From the NCBI RefSeq assembly GCF_006345805.1, contig NC_043019.1, forward strand, positions 11,407,360-11,471,359: a DNA stretch of 64,000 nt, given 5' to 3'. Shown here piece by piece: positions 52,367 to 64,000 of this stretch (positions within the stretch are counted from its first letter, which is position 1; every line of letters starts with the position of its first letter). The notes under the pieces are model-generated. The model made no database searches, was not told where the DNA came from, and saw only the letters and a program-made list of their open reading frames with translations. The position numbers and the translations under genes were made by a program. Origin of the DNA: Octopus sinensis. Taxonomy: Eukaryota.

Positions 52367-53528
52367 GCAAAGTTGTACTCTATGTATTACATGGGTGTGA
52401 AGTAGTAGATTTGGATTGATGGAGAGATGAATAAATAGACAACTAGATAAATAGACAGACAGACAGATTGATAGATATAGTGTTATGTGGAAAATTACAT
52501 ATAAATTATGAAGGTCGTTACATGAATTTACTGACAATTCTCTCCATGGTATATATATACACACACACACATACACACATATACACATACACATGCACAG
52601 ATATTTAAATGTGTTCTGGTGTAACTAGAAGGTCATAAAAAAAAAAACAACAGATATTTGTCTAGTTACAATATCAAGTTGTTTTGTTTATACAAAATGA
52701 TATACAAATATCTTAATGATAGCGTAAATATTTTCTCTTCAACTTTGGCTTTTCTGATATTTTCCCAGATTCTGTAAGTGATTCCTCAGTTGTTATTTGA
52801 AGGACAAATAATGAAAAGCCAGTTCAATATTCTCTATAAAAACCAATTCACGTTTTAATTAATCAACATTTTTTTTTACAATTTTTTTTTTTAACTAGAA
52901 CAGAGCCAGTGATATGAGGATGGGTTTTCTCTTTTCCTTTTTTCGTGGTTCTTCATTTTCTTCACGACCATTTTCTTTGGTAGCTGACATTATTACAACT
53001 TCATGAGGAAGAGAGCAAAGGAACTGTTTAAAGAAAGAAACAGTAAAATTCTTTGTGTAAGTCAAAATAAAACATCTTTTAAAAACAAATTTAAATAATT
53101 CCAGAATATTGGTTCTAAATTTTGGCACAATGCTAGCAATTTTTGGGGATGGGATAAGTCAATTACAAAGACCCCCCCCCCAGTACTCAGCTGGTACTTA
53201 TTTTATTGATCCTGAAAGGATGAAAAGCAAAGTTGACCTCAACAGAATTTGAACTCACTGAGGAAAATAACGAGGGACTGGGAGATGTGGAAATTTGTGA
53301 CACTTGATAAGACATGTCAAGCTAATGAAAAAATGGCAAGTTGGCAGAAACGTTTGCTATCCCCAAATTTAATCAGATTGTGCCAATCATGAGGCCAAAT
53401 ATTCCTGGAAGTTTCATCAGAATTCATCCATTGGTTCTTGAGATATCTTGTCCATGGACAGACAAACAATCAAAGAAAGAAACACGACTGAAAACAATAA
53501 TACCGCTGCCTCCACTAAGGTGGAGGTC

Positions 53529-53572
<44 letters not shown>

Positions 53573-54339
53573 TAATAATGGATTTTTTAAATATTTAGCT
53601 ATAAGGCTAACAGTTGATTACATTGACTCACAATACTTAACTGGTAGTTTACTTTACCAACTCTGATAGTACGAAAGGCAACAAAAAAAAAAAAACACTG
53701 CTTTATGATAATAGTTTCAAATTTTGATTCAAAACTAACAATTTTAGGGGAGTGGCAAGTCAATTACATCAGCTTCAGTGCTCAGCCGGATATGTACATG
53801 CATACACACATGTATATACATACATATACATACATATACATATAATTAGTAACAGACTTCCTTCACACACACAAAGTTGGCATCACAATGTCAAACTGAT
53901 AATGTCAGGTGATTTTTTTCAATCTTGTCAGCAACTTGGGCATTTAAACTGGTTATATCGTATTCGTTTATTGCCCACAAGGGGCTAAACATAGAGGGGG
54001 CAAACAAGGACAGACAAAGGGATTAAGTCGATTACATCAATCCCAGTGCATAACTGGTACTTTATTTATCGACCCCGAAAGGATGAAAGGTAAAGTCGAC
54101 CTCGGTGGAATTTGAACTCAGAACATTACAGCAGACGAATTACCACTAAGCATTTTGCCTGGCGCGCTAACATTTCTGCCAGCTTGCTGCCTAAAGTGGT
54201 TATATCTGGCTAAAATATTCTGCATGTTTTGTGTTCAAATTGGCTAGATCTGGCATCTCACACCTATCCTACAATGCCATTCTAAAAATATACAATCACA
54301 TAATTGAAATCTCAAAGCCACAAGGTAACATGATTAATT

Positions 54340-54830
54340 TTTCGCTGGATGTGCAATGTCAGTGTACAAGTACAACAGTGTTAGGATCTTGAGAGAAAAA
54401 TTGGGTGCAAGAAGCATTAGATGTGGTGTGCAAGAGAGAGTACAGGGCTATGATCATGTGATGTGTTAAGAAGTGCTGATCTCTAACTGTGGAGGGAAGC
54501 TGTGGATGAGGACAACCCAGGAAGACATGGGATGAGGTGGTGAAACATGATCTTCGGATGTTGAGTCTCATGGAAATAATGACAAGTGATTGAGATCTTT
54601 GGTAATTTGGTGTGCTTGAGAAGACACATCAAACCAAGCGAAACCGTAGTTGTGTCCAGAGCCAGTGACATGTGATAGGCACCCATGGCAGTGACACATA
54701 AAAGACACCTGTGCCAGCAGCATGTAAAATGCACCCATGCCAGTGACACATAAAAGGCACCCACTACACTCTTGGAGTGATTGGCATTATGAAGGGCCTC
54801 CAGGTATAGAAACTGCAGTCAAATCAAGAC
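54340..54830 (+). mobile_element. Degenerate RTE LINE 3' end
   Basis: Similar to the reverse complement of 20383-20720. Confidence 0.7.
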
Positions 54831-55047
54831 TGCAACCTGGTACAGTTCTCTGGATTAATATGCTTGGCAAAATAGTAAGTGGTATTTTGCCTGTCTTTAT
54901 GTTCTGAGTTCAAATTCTGCCGAGGTCAACTTTCATCCTTTCAGGGTCAATAGAATAAATACCAGCTGAGTACTGGGATCAATGTATTTGACTAGCTTCC
55001 TCCCATTAAATTTCCAGCCTTGTACCTATAATAGAAAAGATTATTAA

Positions 55048-55279
55048 CCCATTAAGTCCCAGAGTACTTAAATTTCTGAATATTACTTTTAAATTTTTAT
55101 GGATGATTGAAAATTTTTATGGATGATTGGAAAATGAAAAAATAATTATTAAAACTCCTTTACTTCACGTAGAAATGGAAATACTCAGTGTCCTATAAAT
55201 AGGACACCGAGACAATGTGATTAGCTTATTTAATGTTTACATTTAGTGTCCTATTTATAGGACAATGGGACTTAATGGG
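55048..55279. mobile_element. piggyBac-type MITE with internal palindromes
   Basis: TTAA|CCCATTAAGTCCCA ... TGGGACTTAATGGG|TTAA; GTGTCCTATAAATAGGACAC-type palindrome twice. Confidence 0.82.
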
Positions 55280-55646
55280 TTAACAGCTCTATATGTACTT
55301 CAAGAACTAGTTCCAAAATATATAAATATACAACAACAGGGAATAAAAAATAAGGAACTAAATCAGATGTCACTCACATATTAAGCCAGGGTTTTGAGGT
55401 CAAGTTCACCTTGATTTTCCATGTTCCATTACAGGTAGAGAACAGACAGTATAGTATAGGTAAATCCTGACCCTGTTGTGTCTCTCAAGCCATCTTTCAT
55501 TAACTTTACTAATCTTCATTAAATTTGAGGGTGGACAGCCGGTGGGTAACTCCTTATTAATTTGCCGACAGAGACATTATTTTGTCAATGCTCGCTAACG
55601 ACTCTGTTGGTTTCCTCCGTGGGTGATTGCTAACCCTGCTGTATAC

Positions 55647-56501
55647 CTGGGTGGCTAGTCATTACCAGCACTTCACTCCATCCTCCTAAGTTCAGTCATC
55701 CAAAGTGGCAAAGCCCAACGAATGAAACCAGTGCGGTTGTCAGTTGTTGTTGCTCTCAGAGAAGATTTAAGGTCAGTCTTGTTAATAGCGCCAACGGTAC
55801 TAATTGACATTCGTTTGTTGTCAGAGTAAAGAGAGAAGAAAAAGGCAAACCATTTCAAGTTGTTGTTATGGCGGTGGAGGCTTCAGTGGTTGTGGTGGTA
55901 GCGACGGTGATGGTGGTGGTGGTGTGGTGGTGGTGCCAGTAATTGTAGTGTGGGTGGTGGTAGTGGTAGTTGAGGTGGTAGTAGTGCTGGTGGTGATGAT
56001 GGTAGTGGGCGTGGGAGTGGGCGTGGTGAGGAGTGGTGAGTAGTAGTGGTGGTGGTGGTGGTGGTATTGGTGGTGGTGGTAATGGTGGTGGTGGTGGTGG
56101 TGGTAATGGTGGTTCAGGTGGTAGTAATAGTGACTATGGTGGTCATTGCTGTTGTGGTGGTATTGGTGGTGGTGGTGGTAGTGGTTCAGGTGGTAGTAAT
56201 AGTGACTATGGTGGTCATTTCTGTTGTGATGGTGATGGTGGTGGTAGTGGTGGTGATGATGATGATCATCATCATGGTCATGATGGTCATGGATAGAAGT
56301 GGTTTCTGTGATGAAGTGATAGAGTGGTGATACTGGAGTGGTGGTCATGGTAGTAATAGCCATAGCTGGGGTGATGGGAACAGTTGCTGTAGTTAATACA
56401 CCGGACTTAGTGTTGTTGTTGTTGTTGTTGTTGTTGAGATGTGGTTGTCAAGGAAGTTTATTACAGCAGATGGTGTTGCTATGTCTGGTGGTGGTGGTGG
56501 T

Positions 56502-56536
<35 letters not shown>

Positions 56537-56842
56537 GGTGAAATTTTGAAGAAACTATTTTTGAGGGATTCAAGGTGCAATGAAGAATGAAATGATTGGG
56601 TGCAGCTGTTTGGACGCTGGCAATTTGGGGCAGGCTGACCGGACTTGAACCCTTTTTTTTTTTTTTTTTTTGGTACTGATATTTTTAGTGGTGGTACTTT
56701 TTGGTTCTGGAAACAAAAGTACAAATGCATGTTCAGAAATGTGGACATACAGACAGACAGAGAGTGATGTTATGGTTTGTTAAGTGAATACAATTGACAA
56801 GAACACTTACCTTCTCCTCATACACATATGAAGAGAAGTATG

Positions 56843-56845
<3 letters not shown>
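55647..56845 (-). other. Probable spliced non-coding 5' leader exons of the guanylate cyclase (intron 56707-56810)
   Basis: AAG|GTAAGT at 56810 and tttgtttccAG at 56707 define a 104-nt intron; CAG|GTATAC donor at 55646; acceptor cttacAG at 51985 upstream of the ATG. Confidence 0.45.
55870..56540. repeat. (GGT)/(GAT)/(GTT) trinucleotide low-complexity region
   Basis: Direct inspection. Confidence 0.85.
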
Positions 56846-56894
<49 letters not shown>

Positions 56895-57145
56895 ATGAGA
56901 GAGAGTATGAGAGAGAGAGGGAGAAAGAGAGAGAGAGAGTATGAGAGAGAGGAGAGAGAGTATGAGAGAGAGAGAGAGTACGAGAGAGAGAAAGAGAGGG
57001 AGAGTATGAGAGAGAGAGAGAGTATATGAGAGAGAGAGAGAAAGAGAGAGTATGAGAGGGAAAGAGTACAAGAGAGAGAGAGAGAGAGTATGAGAGAGAG
57101 AGAGTACAAGAGAGAGTATGAGAGAGTATGAGAGAGAGAGAGAGA
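56845..57145. repeat. (GA)n-rich tract
   Basis: Direct inspection. Confidence 0.95.
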
Positions 57146-57689
57146 ACTATTGCCTACCTACCCACTGCGTTGTTCATAGATGGACAATATCAACGGCTTG
57201 TCTCCAGAATTTCCTCTCCTGCATTTGGTAGGTTGTTCTTCTGTAAAGAGCCTTCGACCAGTTGGTCAATAGATGTTCAGGTAGGACGAATCTTGGGTCA
57301 CTTTCCAGAGAAATACTGATTTCAAATTTTGGCACAAGGCCAGCAGCTTTTTGGGAGAGGGGCCAAATCAACTGAATCAATCCCAGTGCTCAACTGGTAC
57401 CTAATTTATTGATCTCGAAAGGACGAAAGGCAATTTGTTAACCAGAATAAGCAAAATTTCAACAAAGCCAAATCAGACAAAATGTCAACGAAGAGCCCTC
57501 GACTACAAGACAAGCAAAGTTGTTGTTTTTTCCCAAGGTCTGGGGTCTCCTGCCCCTAAGCCCTAGACCATCACCTAATCACCCGTACCCGTCTTCTTGC
57601 TTAACAACAACAACAACAACAGCAGCAGCAGCAAAAGCAATAAAAGCAAAACCAACTACAAAGGCTGCTGAAAAGGTCCTGGTTTTTAA

Positions 57690-57910
57690 CCCTTTCGTTA
57701 CCAACCCGGCTGAAACCGGCTCTGGTTCTGTAGTACAAAAGTCTTGTTTTCAAAAATCCTAAATTAAAATCTTCCACCAAACTTTAGTCACAATTAATGT
57801 TGCTAACACTAGCTTAATAATAACTAAGTTATTTTACTAAATTCTTCATTATATTTGAAGTAATTGAAAGAAACACAGAGCATCTCAAAATAAATATGGT
57901 AACGAAAGGG
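57690..57910. mobile_element. piggyBac-type MITE
   Basis: TTAA|CCCTTTCGTTACCA ... TGGTAACGAAAGGG|TTAA. Confidence 0.85.
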
Positions 57911-58059
57911 TTAAGGGTGTCATGAAAGGGTAGAACTGTTACCTTTACAGGGGAGGCAAGACATTTATTTAGAAGATATGTAAAAAATTATGATGGTATA
58001 CAATATATCTTTCTTTTTTTCTGCATATTTACTACATGATGGTAACTCCTGCGGTGGAT

Positions 58060-58210
58060 TTAGGTAAAATTGAAGCATGGGCAATCATGAAGTTTCTCTT
58101 TTTGCAAGGCAAAGAGAAGCAGTAGAAATCCCTGGCCACACGAAAGAAATCTTGGAGGATGGCTACCCGTCTTACTCCACAGTGAAAATCTGGGCATCAA
58201 GGTTTAGTAA
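58060..58210 (+). pseudogene. mariner transposase N-terminal remnant
   Basis: AIMKFLFLQGK / PSYSTVKIWASRF across a frameshift, resembling the mariner HTH region. Confidence 0.55.
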
Positions 58211-58319
58211 AACATCCCAACAATCCACTGCGTCACTGATGAGGTTGTGTAATGGAGTTTGTGTGTGTTTGTGTAGGTGAGTTTAGGTGTGTAGGTGTCA
58301 TCTTTCAATCCGAGATAAA

Positions 58320-58742
58320 TACCCATTTCTTTACTACCCACAAGGGGCTAAACATAGAGTGGACAAACAAGGATAGACAAACAGATTAAATCGATTACCT
58401 CGGCCCCAGTGCGTAACTGGTACTTAATTTATCGACCCCGAAAGGATGAAAGGCAAAATCGAACTCGGCAGAATTTGAACTCAGAATGTAACGGCAGACG
58501 AAATACCTATTTCTTTACTACCCACAAGGGGCTAAACACAGAGGGGACAAACAAGGACAGACAAATGGATTAAGTCAATTATATCGACCCCAGTATGCAA
58601 CTGGTAGGTAATTTATTGACCCTGAAAGGATGAAAGGCAAAGTCGACCTCGGCGGAATTTGAACTCACAACGTAGCAGCAGACGAAATACTGTCAAGCAT
58701 TTCGCCCAGCGTGCTAACGTTTCTGCCAGCTCGCCGCCTTAT
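58320..58742 (-). mobile_element. SINE family A dimer
   Basis: Two head-to-tail units. Confidence 0.85.
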
Positions 58743-59206
58743 CATAGATAAATACCAGTAATACGTGTTGGTCACTTGTGTACCTCTTCCCTTTGCTCAC
58801 GATATATAAATCTTGTACTTAAGCCTGAAGTAACTATTACAATCATAACATTATTCAAAAACGGTGATTATCTCGGACTGATTAACCAATTAACTTAATT
58901 AAACAATATTTGATTGATGATTTGATAACAGAAAACACTTCCTTATTGTTGAAGCAACCAGCCGTCAGGTTCTGATAATGAGAAAGCTTTTAACGATATA
59001 TTCTTTCTTGTAAGAAAACAGAGATAAAAATAATTACATATGAGGTGGAGGAAGGTATTGGGGGTGGGGTGTTGGGGTTGGGGTGTTGGGGGTGTTAAGT
59101 GTAGAGTGAGGTGGGGGTTGCAGATGGTGTTCAAAGGGGTATGTATATAGGTTTGAGGGTGTGTGTGATGGGTGTATATGTGTGTGCATACAACAACGTA
59201 TACTGC

Positions 59207-59426
59207 TAGGGAGTGCTGAAAAGTTCCTGGCTTAAAGGGTATCACAAAAGGCCTGGTTGGAGGCCTAACCTTCCGAGTTTTTTTACAGGGTTTAGAAAAC
59301 CTGAAGGGCCACTGCAATAAGTGTGTGAATCTGAGAGAGGGGAATATGTTGAGTAACACCACAATGAACTGATCCTCCTGTATTTTATTTTACCCAAAGC
59401 CAAGAACTTTACAGCACTCCCTTGTA
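59207..59426. mobile_element. mariner-type MITE
   Basis: TIRs GGGAGTGCTGAAAAGTTCCTGGCTT / AAGCCAAGAACTTTACAGCACTCCC. Confidence 0.7.
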
Positions 59427-60249
59427 CACACCACACACAAATATACACACGTATATACAAATACACACACACACAAATACACAGACATACACACACTACA
59501 TACTGTTCATGTCACGTACATTTTATGCCATATGCCATTGAGCTACTTATGGGACCTTTATGTGGTCGTTCAAACTTGCTAAAAATAGCAACCAAATCTT
59601 CCTGAAATCACACAAATCATTATCTTAAAAAAGGAGGTATCGGATGTTGAGGTTCTGGGTTCTATGCATGTAGAAATAAGATGGGATTGTCATATCTGGA
59701 ATGCTTCTGATCATATGCCTGTTTGGACAAGGCTGATCAGTGGTTAAACAACAAGAATAAACAACAAGAATAACAACCCTATACCATATACACTTTACAC
59801 CATATATATATATTGATTACACACACACACTCACCTAGACATACATGCACAAACACACACTGATACAAACTCTTTACTACCCACAAGGGGCTAAACACAG
59901 AGGGGACAAACAAGGACAGACAAACGGATTAAGTCGATTATATCGACCCCAGTATGCAACTGGTACTTAATTTATCGACCCCGAAAGGATGAAAGGCAAA
60001 GTCGACCTCGGCGGAATTTGAACTCAGGACGTAGCGGCAGACAAAATACCGCTAAGCATTTCACCCGGCGTGCTAACGACTCTGCCACACACACACATAC
60101 ATGCATACACGAATCCACTCACAAGGCTTTGGTTGGCATGAGGCTATAGTAGAAGATATATACCCAAGGTGCCAAACAATGGGACTGAACCCCAAACCAG
60201 GTGATTAGGAAGCAAACTTCTTACCACACAGCCACACCTGTGCTTATAT

Positions 60250-60660
60250 AAATATATATATATCACATGATCACGTGACTGACCAGACCATCAGATGTTG
60301 CTACACATCGCTGGTCACAATGCGTTCGCATTGTTTTAGCCTTCAAACGACGCCACCCCGCTGGCTAAGCGAGCAGGCCAATATATATATATATATATAT
60401 ATACCTTGCTCACACTATTAACCAATGCAAAAGTTCCACCGTTGCTATTCTACACACCATCACAAAGTTTTGTTATCACCAAATTGATAACAAAGAGCAA
60501 GACAATAATTACAGTTTTATAGCAACGACTCGACTCGTGGAATAATCTAGAACATTAGTGGTTCCGCCGTGAACGGTGTACAAAGGCCACGGGTAGCAGG
60601 TATGTAGGGTGGAGTGACTTGTTGAAGGACTTTGCCACAAATACCAAAAACAGCAGGGGA

Positions 60661-60692
<32 letters not shown>

Positions 60693-61029
60693 ATAATAAT
60701 AATAATAATAATATAATAATAATAATAATGATAATAATAGTAATAATAATAATAATAATAATTATCATAACAATAATAATAATAATAATAATAATGATAA
60801 TAATAGTAATAATAATAATCCTTTCTACTAAAGGCACAAACCCTGAAATGTTTGGGGAGGGGTTAAATCATTTACGTTGAACCTGGTACTCAAATGGTAC
60901 ATAATCTGTCAACCCTGAAAGGATGAAAGGCAGAAATTTGAACTCAAAATAAAAGACACATGAAATGAAGCATTTTGTCCAGTGTGCTAACAATTCTGCC
61001 AACTCACTGCCTTGATAATGATGATGACG

Positions 61030-61079
<50 letters not shown>

Positions 61080-62891
61080 CTGCAAGAAGTGCAAAAGATT
61101 GTCTTAACTGGTACATCACACGTATTGAGAAGAGCATTGTCGATGTGAGAACTGTTGCTGCTCATGTATTTTAATTTAACTTTAAAAAAAAAAAAAAAAA
61201 AAAATGAACGAACTACTGAGTTTGGTTTAATGGCCTACCAATATATACTATGAGTTTCTTTGCCCTAGGAGTCGGGAAGACACTCGGCAAGAAATGGAAG
61301 CAAATTTGAAAGAAGAAAAAAAAAGTAATAATAATAATAATAATAGGCGTACGAGTGGCTGTGTGGTAAGTAGCTTGTTTACCAGCCACATGGTTCTGGG
61401 TTCAGTCCCACTGCATGGCACCTTGGGCACGTGTCTTCTACTATAGCCTCGGGCCGACCAAAGCCTTGTGAGTGGATTTGGTAGACGGAAACTGAAAGAA
61501 GCCCGTCGTATATATGTATATATGTGTGTCTGTGTTCGTCCCCGTAGCATTGCTTGACAACCGATGCTGGTGTGTTTATGTCCCTGTCACTTAGCGGTTC
61601 GGCAAAAGAGACCAATAGAATAAGTACTGGGCTTACAAAAGAATAAGTCCCGGGGTCGAGTTGCTCGATTAAAGGCGGTGCTCCAGCATGGCCGCAGTCA
61701 ATGACTGAAACAAGTAAAAAAAAATAATAATAATTAATACCACAACCACTTGTTGTAGTAGTTGTTATTTGTTCCTTCTTGAGCCACACCTGGCTCATTA
61801 GGCTCGGTTGCCTTGGTGTATAGGTTCCCCACCTGGACAGGAAGCCAGTCCGCTGCAGGTGAGCTGCAAGATGCAGGAGGAAAGAGTGAGAGAAAGTTGT
61901 GGCAAAAGAATCAGCAGAAGTTCGCCGTTACCTTCTGCCAGAGTAGTGTGGGGCATAAACACACACATTGCCCAGTCTGAGATTCGAACCAGCGATCCCT
62001 CAACTGCGAGTCCACTGCTCTAACCACTAGGCCATGTGCCTCCACTTGTTGTTGTAGTAGTAGTAGTAGTTTCTAATTTAGGCACAAAACTAGTTTTGAT
62101 GAGAGGTGATTTGTCAATGCATTAACTTCAGTACATAACTGGTAAACTTTATTTTAATTTGTCTGAATGGATCAAGGACAAAGTTAACCTTGGCAGGATT
62201 TGAATTCAGAATATAAAGACCCAGAAGAAATACTGTTTGTAAGTTAATAGCAATGGTGTTCCTCCTTGAATAATAAAGTACAAATTAAACAGGCACAGGA
62301 GTGGCTGTGTGGTAAGTGGCTTGCTAACCAACCACATGGTTCCGGGTTCAGTCCCACTGCGTGGCATCTTGGGCAAGTGTCTTCTGCTATAGCCCCGGGC
62401 CGACCAATGCCTTGTGAGTGGATTTGGTAGACGGAAACTGAAAGAAGCCTGTCGTATATATGTATATATATATTATATATATATATATATATCACGTGAT
62501 CACGTGACTGACCAGACCATCAGATGTTGCTACACATCGCTGGTCACAATGCGTTCGCATTGTTTTAGCCTTCAAACGACGCCACCCCGCTGGCTAAGAG
62601 AGCAGGCCAATATATATATATATATATATATATACCTTGCTCACACTATTAACCAATGCAAAAGTTCCACCGTTGCTATTCTACACACCATCACAAAGTT
62701 TTGTTATCACCAAATTGATAACAAAGAGCAAGACAATAATTACAGTTTTATAGCAACGACTCGACTCGTGGAATAATCTAGAACATTAGTGGTTCCGCCG
62801 TGAACGGTGTACAAAGGCCACGGGTAGCAGGTATGTAGGGTGGAGTGACTTGTTGAAGGTCTTTGCCACAAATACCAAAAACAGCAGGGGA

Positions 62892-62926
<35 letters not shown>

Positions 62927-62997
62927 ATAATAATAATAATAACAATAATAATAATAATAATGATAATAATAGTAATAATAATAATATAATAATAATA

Positions 62998-63033
<36 letters not shown>

Positions 63034-64000
63034 TAATAATAGTAATAATAATAATCCTTTCTACTAAAGGCACAAACCCTGAAATGTTTGGGGAGGGGTT
63101 AAATCATTTACGTTGAACCTGGTACTCAAATGGTACATAATCTGTCAACCCTGAAAGGATGAAAGGCAGAAATTTGAACTCAAAATAAAAGACACATGAA
63201 ATGAAGCATTTTGTCCAGTGTACTAACAATTCTGCCAACTCACTGCCTTGATAATGATGATGACGATAATAATAATAATAATAATAATATAATAATAATA
63301 AATAATAATAATAATAATCTGCAAGAAGTGCAAAAGATTGTCTTAACTGGTACATCACACGTATTGAGAAGAGCATTGTCGATGTGAGAACTGTTGCTGC
63401 TCATGTATTTTAATTTAACTTTAAAAAAAAAAAAAAAAAATGAACGAACTACTGAGTTTGGTTTAATGGCCTACCAATATATACTATGAGTTTCTTTGCC
63501 CTAGGAGTCGGGAAGACACTCGGCAAGAAATGGAAGCAAATTTGAAAGAAGAAAAAAAAAGTAATAATAATAATAATAATAGGCGTACGAGTGGCTGTGT
63601 GGTAAGTAGCTTGTTTACCAGCCACATGGTTCTGGGTTCAGTCCCACTGCATGGCACCTTGGGCACGTGTCTTCTACTATAGCCTCGGGCCGACCAAAGC
63701 CTTGTGAGTGGATTTGGTAGACGGAAACTGAAAGAAGCCCGTCGTATATATGTATATATGTGTGTCTGTGTTCGTCCCCGTAGCATTGCTTGACAACCGA
63801 TGCTGGTGTGTTTATGTCCCTGTCACTTAGCGGTTCGGCAAAAGAGACCAATAGAATAAGTACTGGGCTTACAAAAGAATAAGTCCCGGGGTCGAGTTGC
63901 TCGATTAAAGGCGGTGCTCCAGCATGGCCGCAGTCAAATGACTGAAACAAGTAAAAAAAAATAATAATAATTAATACCACAACCACTTGTTGTAGTAGTT
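60250..64000. repeat. Tandem segmental duplication, unit ~2.23 kb (60250-62480; second copy runs off the window)
   Basis: 60263-61760 nearly identical to 62492-64000, including unique sequence, SINEs and microsatellites. Confidence 0.95.

Noticed and set aside
56033-56330. Gly-rich or Val-rich plus-strand ORFs
   Set aside because: (GGT)n low complexity with no plus-strand splice or start support

Overview
Eukaryotic, AT-rich, repeat-dense genomic DNA. The SINE families and microsatellite load point to a cephalopod, most likely Octopus (inference). Three spliced protein-coding genes were rebuilt by hand from GT-AG boundaries and reading phase. (1) The last three exons of a choline transporter-like SLC44A/CTL gene (+, 1154-4483). 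(2) A complete 7-exon CZIB/C1orf123 (UPF0587) gene (-, 19161->5729, 160 aa). (3) A complete 20-coding-exon receptor-type guanylate cyclase (-, 51830->24359; extracellular ANF-receptor-like domain, TM, kinase-homology domain, coiled coil, intact cyclase), probably with a long spliced 5' leader near 55.6-57 kb. The rest is tRNA-derived SINEs (often tandem or nested), RTE and CR1-like LINE 3' ends, TTAA/piggyBac-, hAT- and mariner-type MITEs, non-autonomous Helitrons, long microsatellites and a recent ~2.2-kb tandem duplication at the right end. Most notable: a ~590-bp palindromic retroposon of two head-to-head tRNA-headed units, each with a Penelope-type minimal hammerhead motif, inside one 15-bp direct repeat. 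Also notable: duplicated exon ends that create decoy 5' splice sites in the cyclase gene, and a candidate antisense spliced unit with a hairpin intron. Most long ORFs in the track are repeat artefacts. Repeat boundaries are approximate.
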